Of a stretch of DNA of 64,000 nucleotides, positions 8,331 through 18,039 are shown piece after piece. Numbering within the stretch: position 1 is the first letter of the stretch; each line of letters begins with the position of its first letter. A program made the position numbers and the translations under genes. The DNA comes from a virus (lineage: Duplodnaviria > Caudoviricetes): positions 64,001 through 128,000 of IMG/VR virus record IMGVR_UViG_3300046710_000261, one strand, 5' to 3'. Below the pieces are notes generated by a model, which was not told where the DNA came from, ran no database searches, and was given only the letters and a program-made list of their open reading frames with translations.

Positions 8331-8857
8331 ATTATTTGTCCTTTTTTGAACATCATATATAACCTGAAATATATTTCCCACTGGGTTCTATTATGATTTA
8401 CTTTCAGATTATCTTTCAGGCATAGTGTAATTAAATTGTTTGGATGGCAATGTCTCTTATTATAATCAATATGATGAACAATATTTCCATATTCCATACA
8501 AAGTTGACAAGTATAATTGTCTCGTTCACGAATTTGAGTTTTTAATTTATGGTCAAATTCTTGTGGATATTCATCAAAAGAAACGCCACCTTTCCAATTT
8601 GAATTATTTTCTCCTTTTGTTTTTTCTTTCATTAATGCTGAATGTTCGGGTCTTTTCTTTCCAAAAAATGGATGTTTTTGCCCTATTCTTTTTTTATTTC
8701 TTTCCGATACATCAGGTCTTTTCTTTCCTGTATTCCATGGGATTTGTCCTTTATGAGCAATGCTTAAATTTTTTATATGCTCTTCTGAAAACACTTTCCC
8801 CATATGTGCTATACTTAACTTTCTTTTATGCTCTTCTGTCACTATTTTCCTTCCCAA
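8321..8857 (-). CDS. NUMOD3 + HNH homing endonuclease
   Basis: Repeated EEHKRKLSIAH.GK motifs; RDNYTCQLC...VHHID...NLITLC. Confidence 0.85.
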   Translation of the reverse strand: MGRKIVTEEHKRKLSIAHMGKVFSEEHIKNLSIAHKGQIPWNTGKKRPDVSERNKKRIGQKHPFFGKKRPEHSALMKEKTKGENNSNWKGGVSFDEYPQEFDHKLKTQIRERDNYTCQLCMEYGNIVHHIDYNKRHCHPNNLITLCLKDNLKVNHNRTQWEIYFRLYMMFKKGQIIWI

Positions 8858-9390
8858 ACAAATTGGTATTGTTGTATTCTATGCATCCACCCTCGCGCCC
8901 ACTGCGCCTGTGATGGCTTGTTAGCAATTATTTCTTTATAATGTATATATTTTTCACAATTGATCGTTGTGAAAAAGGCCCTTCTATCTTTTTGGCCCCA
9001 TTTGTTTATCAAATTGATTGTTATCGGGCCAATAGCACCATCTACTGTAATGATTTCTTCTAAATGAACTAATGCTTTTTGCGCTATTTTTCCAGGGGCA
9101 CCCTGACCCATATTTACACAACAATCAAAAAGTGTTGCTGATATATACTTGTCGCTTATCAAATCAAGTTTTACATCTTGATAATACATGACAAAATAAA
9201 TTTGTTTTGCTTCATCTGCTGTAAGGTTCTTTACAACATTATGAGAAACAATTCCTCTTCTATATGCTTCATCAAGAGTTATATGAGTAATTCCAAACTT
9301 TGTTTCCCCGCCCGGGTCTCCAGGATCATTACTATATCCACCTTCTAAATCCAATGTCTGTGATACAGCATAATTGAAATTCTCCGTCAT
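8842..9390 (-). CDS. Glycoside hydrolase family 108 endolysin with PG-binding tail
   Basis: EGGYSNDPGDPGGETKFGI, DGAIGPIT, GWMHRI. Confidence 0.9.
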   Translation of the reverse strand: MTENFNYAVSQTLDLEGGYSNDPGDPGGETKFGITHITLDEAYRRGIVSHNVVKNLTADEAKQIYFVMYYQDVKLDLISDKYISATLFDCCVNMGQGAPGKIAQKALVHLEEIITVDGAIGPITINLINKWGQKDRRAFFTTINCEKYIHYKEIIANKPSQAQWARGWMHRIQQYQFVWEGK

Positions 9391-9422
9391 AATATTCTCC
9401 CATGGACATTATATTTCTCTAT

Positions 9423-9430
9423 TATTTATA
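9423..9430 (-). promoter_or_regulatory. T4-type late promoter (TATAAATA)
   Basis: Exact T4 gp55 consensus 33 nt upstream of the endolysin start, heading the leftward late operon. Confidence 0.7.
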
Positions 9431-9537
9431 AAAATTATATAAGAATGGTGGGGAGAATGGTAGTAAAAAGAAAGCCCCCAGAGGTTGTAAAGGGTAAATA
9501 CAATCTGTGGAGGCTGTTTTTCGAGAGAGGTTGGAGA

Positions 9538-10539
9538 TTAAATTTTATCTAATTCTCTTAGAAGTTCTTCATCTGTCTGTGTTCTTTCTGCGCCTTTCTT
9601 TGGAGCATCTTTCTTATTTTCCATTTTTGCTTGTTGAACAACTTCTTCTATTTTTTCTGGCGGGGTCAAATTAGGAATATCTTCTTCCTGACTTGGGGGT
9701 ATTTGTTCTTTGACGGGTTTGGCTGCTTCTGCTCGACCCATATTTGCAGTCCAATCGCTTTCAATCATATCCCACAACATTTCTGTTTTGAGAGCCGTTA
9801 TCAAATTCTCAATGGGAATTTTCAGGCTTTGAATATATTCATCAAGGTCGAATGTTGTTTCCATAATTTTCTTTATATCAGCATCAGAACCAAGTGCCGA
9901 TGCTTTTCTTGAAAATACGGAATCACTATAATCAGGATATGTCTTTCCTGACTGATCTGGTTTGGTTGACTTTACTTTCAGGATGAAATTATATCCTTCT
10001 TCACCTGGGTCAAATATCTTATAACCAAGACCTTCTCTCTTATCGGTAATTTCCATCTTGACTTTAGATTCTACTTTATCAGGGAACTCATAAATCCTTA
10101 AGGTATTGGCCACTTTATGATTTGGTTCTTTTGCTTCAGCATCTCTGGGGTCATCAATAATATAAAAATTTCCTGCGTGTTTCACCTTTCTCTTGTAGTT
10201 ATTCGCTGCTGTTTTGTCTTTCTGTGTTCCCATATATAACTTTGAAGTTATTGAGCACATTGGGCACCAGTGGGAAAAGTTTTCGGTTTTTGGGCATAGA
10301 TAATGAACCCATGTTTCGCCTGTCCTGAACATATGATAGTAATACTTTTTCGTGAAATTTCCTTTCTTGTCAGGAAGAAATCTTCCTTCATAAACTTTCG
10401 GTTTGTCTACTGTTCCCGCCTGTGGTGTTCTCCATACCATATTGCTTCGGAACATCCCTCCTGGCTTCTTCTCTTCTTCCTCCTTTTCTTTAGTTTCTAC
10501 ATACTTGTCAAATAGTGCTTTGTTTACCCATTTCGTCAT
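9538..10539 (-). CDS. gp32: Single-stranded DNA-binding protein, T4 gp32-like
   Basis: RFLP, YYHMF...CP..CPMC, FDP.EGYNF.LK, YPDYSDS.F, acidic tail. Confidence 0.85.
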   Translation of the reverse strand: MTKWVNKALFDKYVETKEKEEEEKKPGGMFRSNMVWRTPQAGTVDKPKVYEGRFLPDKKGNFTKKYYYHMFRTGETWVHYLCPKTENFSHWCPMCSITSKLYMGTQKDKTAANNYKRKVKHAGNFYIIDDPRDAEAKEPNHKVANTLRIYEFPDKVESKVKMEITDKREGLGYKIFDPGEEGYNFILKVKSTKPDQSGKTYPDYSDSVFSRKASALGSDADIKKIMETTFDLDEYIQSLKIPIENLITALKTEMLWDMIESDWTANMGRAEAAKPVKEQIPPSQEEDIPNLTPPEKIEEVVQQAKMENKKDAPKKGAERTQTDEELLRELDKI

Positions 10540-10757
10540 TATTTTCTCCTTGATACTATTGGCCCGTTTGTTTGATTTGTTCTATTGTGGTTTGTTTTTG
10601 TATAAGTTTTGATGCCAAAGTATCTATATATAAATTTATTATAACAGATACAGAACGTATTGTAAATGTATGATATTATTGTTATATTATATGTGTAATT
10701 CGTTGATGGTTGAAAAATTTACGATCTGTGCATTTGATGAGTTATCATTACAGGACA

Positions 10758-11630
10758 TTATCTCTTTGCAAAAGGAAGATTTTTTATCACCATTCCTGCT
10801 GCACCTTTATGGCCCCCTGCTGATATTGCACCTTTTTCTTCCCCTAATTTTTTTGCTAGTGCTGACACATCAATTATCTCCGAATAGAACGAGAGGGAAT
10901 AATTTGTTCCATCAAAAACATAGGATGCTACAAAATTATATTTTTTTAATAGGTCTCCAAATCCTTGAGAACCAAATCGGTAAAGATTGACTGCAAATCC
11001 TTTATGACCATAAACATCTATTTCATATCCATAAGATTTGATCATATCGTTGCAATAGTTGTTTCGATATTTTATACACGTATCTCCTGTTTCTACTATT
11101 TCATTTACCAAATCCTTTGCAAAGAATTGGTCGGTTTCCAGGAGCATTTCCCATATTTTCGCTTTTGGTTCTGTATTTGCCAATTTTAATCCTTCATAAA
11201 ATTGGAAACATCGTGGAGCAAATTTCAATGCCCATTTATCATAATCCCCAAGTAATTGTATTGCTTCAGGAACGGGTTCTGCCGCCACAATATATTTCCA
11301 TGTCAATTCACATGCTGCATTCATTTTGTCTCTGAAATCTCTCTTGCCATTTATAAAATTATTATATGGATAATCTTTTGCTGTTGCATGATGGTCAATC
11401 CAGGTAATATATCCTGTCTTCTTTGAGACAGCATCCATTACTTCTGGTTTGAAAGAAAAATCAACAATTATTACTTCTTCATTTTTTCTTATATTATCAA
11501 CATTGATTGGGTCTTTATAATCGGCTTCTATAAATTCACATCCTCTTATTCCAGTTGCTTTTATTTTATAAATATAAATGATGGCGGCTGAACATCTTCC
11601 ATCCAAATCGTTATGAAAGAACACTTTCAT
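10758..11630 (-). CDS. DHH/DHHA1 phosphoesterase
   Basis: HNDLDG, IVDFS, IDHH, GGHKGAAG. Confidence 0.88.
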   Translation of the reverse strand: MKVFFHNDLDGRCSAAIIYIYKIKATGIRGCEFIEADYKDPINVDNIRKNEEVIIVDFSFKPEVMDAVSKKTGYITWIDHHATAKDYPYNNFINGKRDFRDKMNAACELTWKYIVAAEPVPEAIQLLGDYDKWALKFAPRCFQFYEGLKLANTEPKAKIWEMLLETDQFFAKDLVNEIVETGDTCIKYRNNYCNDMIKSYGYEIDVYGHKGFAVNLYRFGSQGFGDLLKKYNFVASYVFDGTNYSLSFYSEIIDVSALAKKLGEEKGAISAGGHKGAAGMVIKNLPFAKR

Positions 11631-11772
11631 TTTTTGATCTCCTTTTTCTCATTCAGATTATTTTCACTATAACCAATTTTATATATTTTGGGATAATCTT
11701 TATCGTGCAACAATTCTGCTCCACTTGGAGTTTGTGTTCCCCATAGTTTATTCCCTTGCTTTATTTTTTTGC

Positions 11773-12396
11773 TCACTTATTCAATTCCTCCTCCAACCAT
11801 TTCACGATGTCTGGTTGGCTATAAAGTTTTGTATGATAGAGATTGTAATTTTGAACTATAAGAGGCACAACCATTCTTTCTTCATCGGTAAGAACAAGAT
11901 AATGCTTTCCTATAAGCCAAGATACTGTAAATTTGTCTATATTGTTTTCAATGAAATGTCTGATAGGCATACTTTCCCCTTCTCTGAAAAGACAGTATTG
12001 TTTTATCATTGATAGGTCTTCTCTATGGGGTCGTATTCTCATATACCCTTTTATAAATTCGATAGATTTTTTTATACCAATCAAATTCAAATCCCATTCC
12101 CGTTTAATTATCTTATCCCTTTCGATATACAACCGCAATATCCTGCGGTCAAAGAATTTTGTGTAGGTGAAATTCTTTTTGAACAATTCAAAACCGCATT
12201 GGAAAAATCTTTCAGGGGCTATGTTTCTCCAAATAGTATTGAAATGCCCTGTTGCCATTTCCAATGCTTCCCTGTTTCTTGGGTTCATTTTGGTTTCAAG
12301 ATAATTGTCAAAATCTTTGGGAATACGATATGGCCTGTTCAAACAATCTGATTGTGCTATTCTGAATAATAAATAAATATCATATGTCGATAACAT
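11773..12396 (-). CDS. Hypothetical protein, possibly gp59 helicase-loader-like
   Basis: 207 aa, helical and aromatic-rich, near gp32; assignment by size and context only. Confidence 0.35.
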   Translation of the reverse strand: MLSTYDIYLLFRIAQSDCLNRPYRIPKDFDNYLETKMNPRNREALEMATGHFNTIWRNIAPERFFQCGFELFKKNFTYTKFFDRRILRLYIERDKIIKREWDLNLIGIKKSIEFIKGYMRIRPHREDLSMIKQYCLFREGESMPIRHFIENNIDKFTVSWLIGKHYLVLTDEERMVVPLIVQNYNLYHTKLYSQPDIVKWLEEELNK

Positions 12397-12403
12397 ATTA
12401 CCT

Positions 12404-12706
12404 CTATTCTATTTCAAATAATTCTTTTGGAAGTTTAAATTTTTCTGGTTCTTCTTCTTTAGTCACCGTATGCTTCATTATCTCTCTAACAAAATATTCA
12501 TAATCAATCTGCTCAAAATTTCTAATAGGAGGTGGGGATGCAAGCTCTTGCATCCTTCTGTTTTTTTCATATTCTTCCACCTTTCTTTCCAATTCAAACA
12601 TACGGACTTGAATGCGGTCGTAAATGCGCGCCACTTCCTGTGCTTTTTGCCCTTTTCCGCCGTCGTTCATTATTATCCGATTTTCAAAATCTTCCCATGT
12701 TAGCAT
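12404..12706 (-). CDS. Hypothetical protein
   Basis: ORF in operon; C-terminal KLPKELFEIE. Confidence 0.6.
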   Translation of the reverse strand: MLTWEDFENRIIMNDGGKGQKAQEVARIYDRIQVRMFELERKVEEYEKNRRMQELASPPPIRNFEQIDYEYFVREIMKHTVTKEEEPEKFKLPKELFEIE

Positions 12707-13008
12707 ATCTTCCCGCCATGTCTATATGGTCTTGTTTTGTTGAACTCATGTTTCTTATTTACTTCAACGATGATGTCAATCCCATTTGCTTCCGCCGTAT
12801 CAAATATTCTTATTATACAATCTGCGAGTTCCTCTCCTATCCATCCTTTCTCTCCAGGAGAAATTTGTTTTCTATGTGCTTCCATTGCTTCTGCCAATTC
12901 AGTTACCATAAGCATCAATACTTCTGGTATAGGTCTTTCTCTATCATACCATCCTTTATCTATTGCTAATTGATGAATTTCTTTCGGTGTTACTATATCA
13001 ATCATCAC
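12700..13008 (-). CDS. MazG-like nucleotide pyrophosphohydrolase
   Basis: ELAEAMEA...EELADCIIRIFD; NKTRPYRHGGK tail. Confidence 0.8.
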   Translation of the reverse strand: MMIDIVTPKEIHQLAIDKGWYDRERPIPEVLMLMVTELAEAMEAHRKQISPGEKGWIGEELADCIIRIFDTAEANGIDIIVEVNKKHEFNKTRPYRHGGKIC

Positions 13009-13333
13009 TTCCTCTCTCTTTTACCACCACTTCATACTTTTGCAATAAGGCTCGTTTAAGCATTCGTCCTATTTCTTCTTTTATCCAATCTTCTAAAGGT
13101 TCTGGATCGCCATAAAAACGTCTGTCCTTAAATCCCTCTTTTACAATCGTTATAATCGTGTTCAAAATCTGTTGTTGTAACCATTTGCTGTTGAGCATTC
13201 CTTTCAATTCTTTCTCAACACATTTTTCAATATGCTCACGGACAATATCAAAAATCACTTCACGGTTTATCTTTTCTGTATTGATAATATAGTTTTTTAT
13301 TGCTCGGTATTCGGGTGTTTTGCGGGTTGACAT
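12998..13333 (-). CDS. Hypothetical protein
   Basis: ORF coupled to neighbours. Confidence 0.6.
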   Translation of the reverse strand: MSTRKTPEYRAIKNYIINTEKINREVIFDIVREHIEKCVEKELKGMLNSKWLQQQILNTIITIVKEGFKDRRFYGDPEPLEDWIKEEIGRMLKRALLQKYEVVVKERGSDD

Positions 13334-13334
13334 T

Positions 13335-13547
13335 TTATTCTCCCTTTTCCCAATTTGGGCATCTTGTTATCATCATATCAACATTGGATAATCGGGAAAT
13401 ATTTGAAAATAGAACTGACCATTGGCATTTCTTAAATCTTATGCCACAATTCCAACAAAGGCATTCTTCTTCAGTCAATGGATAGGTATCATTATTCGCC
13501 CAAATTTTGTTTTTTCTTTTGTAGTATTGTTCTGGTTTATGTTTCAT
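13335..13547 (-). CDS. Small Cys-rich protein
   Basis: CLCWNC...C...CP. Confidence 0.6.
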   Translation of the reverse strand: MKHKPEQYYKRKNKIWANNDTYPLTEEECLCWNCGIRFKKCQWSVLFSNISRLSNVDMMITRCPNWEKGE

Positions 13548-14094
13548 AGTTTATTATTTTATCTATTTCTAGCCAATCGTATACTCGTGTGATATTACCA
13601 TGAATGCTTCCTTGATTATATGATTTGTCGATAAGATATACTTGAATTCCCTTTGATGCTATCTCATTTGCGAAGTCAAGACGATCCTCAATAAAAATCT
13701 TCACGGCATTATTCAATAATGATTTTCCTTTTTCGGCCTGGGAGGTAAATATAACATCAAAAGGAACAGTTATATGTTTTTCTAAGAGATCAAGAGTACA
13801 ACGAAGATGTCTCATATCTCTTCCAGTTACAAATAATACAGTATCCTGTGTTCTTTTGTGATATTTTTCAATAAAGGATATTGCCTCTGGATATGGTTTC
13901 AGCATATCAATATCTGCCAATGCGGCATCAATACATTCATCAACAATTTTTCTTGATACACCCAATTCTTTTTCAAGATTATAACTTTTCCATAATCCAG
14001 GAAATTTTATTCCATGGAGTTTGTCGAAATAATGAAAAAGGGCAGGATTCATATCTACAACACAGCCGTCAATATCATAAGCTATTTTTTTCAT
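13537..14094 (-). CDS. HAD-family 5'(3')-deoxyribonucleotidase
   Basis: DIDG, VTGR, K, FIEDR, YN motifs. Confidence 0.82.
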   Translation of the reverse strand: MKKIAYDIDGCVVDMNPALFHYFDKLHGIKFPGLWKSYNLEKELGVSRKIVDECIDAALADIDMLKPYPEAISFIEKYHKRTQDTVLFVTGRDMRHLRCTLDLLEKHITVPFDVIFTSQAEKGKSLLNNAVKIFIEDRLDFANEIASKGIQVYLIDKSYNQGSIHGNITRVYDWLEIDKIINYET

Positions 14095-15137
14095 TCTAAT
14101 CTCTTTCCAAATAAACTCAAATATGCTTCAATATATTTTCTAATATTATTGTTATCTTCCCAATAAAGTTGATCTTTTATTGTAGCATAATCCTTCTCAA
14201 ATGTCAATTTCCTCAAATCTACATCTTCAACTAATCGTTCTATGTTAGATATAAATTCATCTTCTGTCTCTGATACCAAATAAGCATCTTTATATGGCTC
14301 GGCTTTGGAATATACTCCGGGACAACCAATAGCAGTAAATTCAAGCATCTTAATATTGCTTTTGCTGTCATTAAAAACTCCTGACATTAAAGGAGCAATG
14401 CATATATCCATCTCTAGGCTTTTCAAAAATGCAGGATAATGGAGAATATCTGTCCATCCATGATATTCAATTCCATTATTCTTTAGATCGTCTAATTCAC
14501 TGGGGAACCCGCCACAAATAACCCATTGATAATCATTTATTGTTTTCCTTATGAAGTGAATTAATTTCTGACCGAAATCACCGCCTTTGATGCCTTTCTT
14601 TATCAATTGCTTTGTAGCAAAATGATTTTCGCTCCCAGCATAAAGTATTCGTGGTCTCTTCCTTTTTAAAAATCCATCAAGATCAGTAACAGAACAAGTA
14701 TTGCCCCAAAGAAATTTAGGAAGATGATTGGGAATGACTACAATGTTCTTATTAAATTCAGAATAGATTTTTTTCAATGTTTCAGTTGATGTTGTTATTC
14801 CATCACTGATCTTCATCATTTCTTTGATATAGACAGAATTTTCTTTGTAATAATCATGGGCATAATTCCATTCGGGTATGTTCATAAGTAGATCATCTAT
14901 TTCATAGATAATAGGAATTTTGCATTGCTTTCTAATATTATCATGGAAATACTTGAATACCTGATAATGGGAACTAAGGGCAGAACGTTGGAATTGAACA
15001 AACGTGAAATTCTTATAGAACCGCGCATCAAGGACAAAATTCACGGAGTACAATGCCACAAAACGATAATTTGGAATACGGGCAAGATTAAGAAGCATGG
15101 TAGGAAAAACAACACGGATATGTCCACAACCTTGCAA
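14091..15137 (-). CDS. GT-B glycosyltransferase (5' part interrupted by in-frame TAA)
   Basis: QGCGHIR, YEIDDL, DICIAPL...FNDSKSNIKMLE; the frame continues upstream of TAA 15138-15140. Confidence 0.75.
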   Translation of the reverse strand: MQGCGHIRVVFPTMLLNLARIPNYRFVALYSVNFVLDARFYKNFTFVQFQRSALSSHYQVFKYFHDNIRKQCKIPIIYEIDDLLMNIPEWNYAHDYYKENSVYIKEMMKISDGITTSTETLKKIYSEFNKNIVVIPNHLPKFLWGNTCSVTDLDGFLKRKRPRILYAGSENHFATKQLIKKGIKGGDFGQKLIHFIRKTINDYQWVICGGFPSELDDLKNNGIEYHGWTDILHYPAFLKSLEMDICIAPLMSGVFNDSKSNIKMLEFTAIGCPGVYSKAEPYKDAYLVSETEDEFISNIERLVEDVDLRKLTFEKDYATIKDQLYWEDNNNIRKYIEAYLSLFGKRLE

Positions 15138-15299
15138 TTACAAATCCCCAGCATACGAAAAAAAACTAATCGAGGTTGGGGATTTGATGGGAGTTAAACC
15201 ATTCACTTTGGCATCACCACCTTTTTCCTCTCTCACAATTTTATTGTGTTTGATAAAATTTTAAAACAAGGGGGCCATTGTTGACCCCCCAAGCATGGA

Positions 15300-15875
15300 T
15301 TATATCAATCCATATTCTTTCAATACACCATCCAATCCCAATCTCTGAATTTGGATAAGCATAAATTCATGAATGGTTGGGGCAAAGGGGCGTTTCTTCA
15401 GAAACATTCCTGCCTTTTCTGGTGTTCTGTTATCCTTTTTGTTGTTACATGGGAAACATGCTGTTACCACGTTCTCAAAGGTAGACTGTCCACCTTTTGA
15501 TCTTGGGGTAACATGATCCAAAGACAAACGTGGATGTTTCACTCCGCAATAGCAACAAGTAAACCCATCTCTGATGAAAACGTTTCTCTTGTTGAAAGGA
15601 ACCCGCTGTCTATATAGCATACGGACAAACTTCAGCAAACGGATTAACTTCGGTACAAGAAAAGTAATTGTTCTTGAAACGGTATGGATAACCTTTTCAG
15701 AATATTTTAGTACCTCTGCTTTTCCTTTCATAACCAAACGAATAGCCCTGCGCCAATTGATAACACCCATTGGGCGATAATCTGCGTTAAGCAAAATTGT
15801 TTGATCAACAGTTAGTGTAGCAACTGGCCTGAAAGGTAATTCATCCAGAATTTGCTTCTGCTCTTGTGATAACAT
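15300..15875 (-). CDS. HNH endonuclease (McrA-like)
   Basis: LLNADY.P, RDGFTCCYCG, DHVTPRSKGG, NVVTACFPCNNKK. Confidence 0.88.
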   Translation of the reverse strand: MLSQEQKQILDELPFRPVATLTVDQTILLNADYRPMGVINWRRAIRLVMKGKAEVLKYSEKVIHTVSRTITFLVPKLIRLLKFVRMLYRQRVPFNKRNVFIRDGFTCCYCGVKHPRLSLDHVTPRSKGGQSTFENVVTACFPCNNKKDNRTPEKAGMFLKKRPFAPTIHEFMLIQIQRLGLDGVLKEYGLI

Positions 15876-15890
15876 TGTCTTTTCCTTTCT

Positions 15891-16157
15891 TTAAATTACT
15901 AACTTCTTTGGGATTTTATCGCTTTTCCCATGCGCAGTGTCTTTGAGAATGTCTTGTTTTTCTCTCAACATTCTCATAAATTTCTTATACTCTTCAATTA
16001 TATCTTGTCTTGTTGCTCGTAACGATTTATTTTTTCCATACCTGATTTCGCCTATATTGTTCATACAAAAAATACACATCTTGTCTTCGGGATGTTTTGG
16101 AACCTCATCTACAAAATCAGGAGGGAAAAATGCATTACATTTCACGCATTTCGGCAT
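15891..16157 (-). CDS. Small zinc-finger protein
   Basis: CVKC...CIFC; GGAG RBS. Confidence 0.65.
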   Translation of the reverse strand: MPKCVKCNAFFPPDFVDEVPKHPEDKMCIFCMNNIGEIRYGKNKSLRATRQDIIEEYKKFMRMLREKQDILKDTAHGKSDKIPKKLVI

Positions 16158-16221
16158 ATTTCACTCCTATATTGTCTTATTATATCATAAACAGAATAAT
16201 CTGTCAATACTTATTTATAAA

Positions 16222-16743
16222 TTATCTATGGCCTCCGCCGTGTCCTCCACCATGAGAACCACCACCACCATGACCACCACCATAACCACCGCCGTGTCCA
16301 CCGCCATAACCGCCACCGTGACCTCCCCCTCTTGGAGCATACCCTCTATGGAATCCATAACTATGTCCAGGGAAGGAACGATGTCCCCATGATCCGCTTA
16401 TTCCGCGTCTTCCATACCAACCTCCATTATAGTATCTATAATAGAAACCACCATACCAGAAATAAGGATATGAACTATATGGATAATAATAATATCCTGG
16501 ATATCCTGGATATGCTTCAAATTCAGATGGGGGAATCTGACCTTGAACGTCTTCCATATCTGGTGGAGGAATTTGTGATTGAACTTGGGCGACAACAACT
16601 GGTTGTTGAACAACAACAGCGGGTCTTAAGACTTCTGTTGCAATGATAGTGCCTGCTATCCCACCAAGGATAAATGGTGCGGCTCCTCTACACCCGACTA
16701 ATGCTAACACCAAAATCAAAACCAAAAAAATTGTTCTTTTCAT
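16222..16743 (-). CDS. Lipoprotein with Tyr-rich core and Gly/His-repeat tail
   Basis: Lipobox LVGC; GGGHGGGY repeats. Confidence 0.75.
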   Translation of the reverse strand: MKRTIFLVLILVLALVGCRGAAPFILGGIAGTIIATEVLRPAVVVQQPVVVAQVQSQIPPPDMEDVQGQIPPSEFEAYPGYPGYYYYPYSSYPYFWYGGFYYRYYNGGWYGRRGISGSWGHRSFPGHSYGFHRGYAPRGGGHGGGYGGGHGGGYGGGHGGGGSHGGGHGGGHR

Positions 16744-16758
16744 AGTAATTCCCCTTTT

Positions 16759-17127
16759 TTATAATTGGTTCATTAAGTAACTAAACCCGACAATGGGTTC
16801 TAGTCCCAGTTTTACAATAGGTTTTAAATACCCATGTTCTGTAATAAATTCTGCTACAACAGGTGAATGTTTGTAATATTCATCTGTTAGGAATGTACCA
16901 ACACTATTTGTCAATAGGTATTTATCCCTGAACTCTCTCAAAATCATCACATGAGGATGATTTACATCGTCATAGGTTGCGGTTGCAATAAAGCACCATA
17001 TTCCAGGCCCACGACCACCGTGACCACCACGGGCATATGGGGTAAGACTTGTCTGACAATCTGCAATCACTACACCCAAGAATGAGATACATAAAAATAA
17101 ACACACCGCATACATCAGTTTTTTCAT
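16759..17127 (-). CDS. Secreted CFI-box-CTERM domain protein
   Basis: Signal peptide; CFIATATY...LREFRDKYL...YYKHSP..A..I. Confidence 0.8.
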   Translation of the reverse strand: MKKLMYAVCLFLCISFLGVVIADCQTSLTPYARGGHGGRGPGIWCFIATATYDDVNHPHVMILREFRDKYLLTNSVGTFLTDEYYKHSPVVAEFITEHGYLKPIVKLGLEPIVGFSYLMNQL

Positions 17128-17142
17128 TTTACTTCCTCCTGT

Positions 17143-17292
17143 TTACCAACAAATTAAGGTCACGCCCTGCCATTGTCTTTCTGTGTCCCTTTCAATTATA
17201 GTAATTGTATTGTCGGGGCATCGAAGAGTTTTGACTGTCGCGCAACCAGTAAATAAAACAATCATTATCAGAAATATAATCATCTTCTTCAT
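17143..17292 (-). CDS. 49-aa lipoprotein (not in ORF track)
   Basis: MKKMIIFLIMIVLFTGCATVK...; GGAG RBS; TTGACA-17-TATAAT promoter upstream. Confidence 0.7.
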   Translation of the reverse strand: MKKMIIFLIMIVLFTGCATVKTLRCPDNTITIIERDTERQWQGVTLICW

Positions 17293-17402
17293 ACTCCACT
17301 CCTATGTATATTATACCATATCTGTAAGGAAATGTCAATAAACAAAAAAAGGGAACTGATTTCTCAATTCCCTTTCAGTTTCTCTACTATGATCCTTTTC
17401 GT

Positions 17403-17978
17403 TTACCTTTTCTTTTGAGGAACTGGTCTCGGAGCAGGTCTTGCTGGCGCGGATTGTGGCGCAGGTCTATTGTGAATTTGCGGTGCTGGCCTTTGAGCAG
17501 GCGCGGGTCTATTGTGAATTTGCGGTGCTGGCCTTGGGGTATTATGTAGTGGTTCATGATGAATACCGGGACCGCGATTTATTCCTCCACGATGTTCATT
17601 TCGATAATTTGGATGATCATGATGAAATCTTTCAAAATGTCCACGGTGTCCATTATTCCAATGATCGTGATAAAAGCCTCTTTCACCAAATGGAACTCTG
17701 TGATGGAAATAATATGCTCCACTTCCTCCAATCGTGAAAAACGCTCCATCATAATAGAACACTGAAACTCCATCGACAATAAACGGCCCGTCATAAAATA
17801 TTTCGGGGGATGCTTCAGGTCCTGGTGCACCAATTGCCAAATCAACTTCTACTGGTTCGGAAACTGCCACTTCTCCTGTGGGGCCTGATACTTCAACACT
17901 TGATGGGCGAACCGACATGGCGCAACCCATAAAAACAAAAATTCCTGCTAACAAACCAAAAATCAAAATTTTTTTCAT
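17403..17978 (-). CDS. Lipoprotein with His/Pro-rich repeat tail
   Basis: Lipobox FMGC; PAPQIHNRPAP tandem repeat (about 17456-17535). Confidence 0.75.
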   Translation of the reverse strand: MKKILIFGLLAGIFVFMGCAMSVRPSSVEVSGPTGEVAVSEPVEVDLAIGAPGPEASPEIFYDGPFIVDGVSVFYYDGAFFTIGGSGAYYFHHRVPFGERGFYHDHWNNGHRGHFERFHHDHPNYRNEHRGGINRGPGIHHEPLHNTPRPAPQIHNRPAPAQRPAPQIHNRPAPQSAPARPAPRPVPQKKR

Positions 17979-18039
17979 TTTATTTTACCTCTTTTTTATT
18001 TTACGATATTGAAATCATTCCTTCTATTTAAGGAACTAT

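Noticed and set aside
8321-9390. Group I intron in the endolysin
   Set aside because: The endolysin is complete to its GW..R end; the HNH gene only overlaps its last codons
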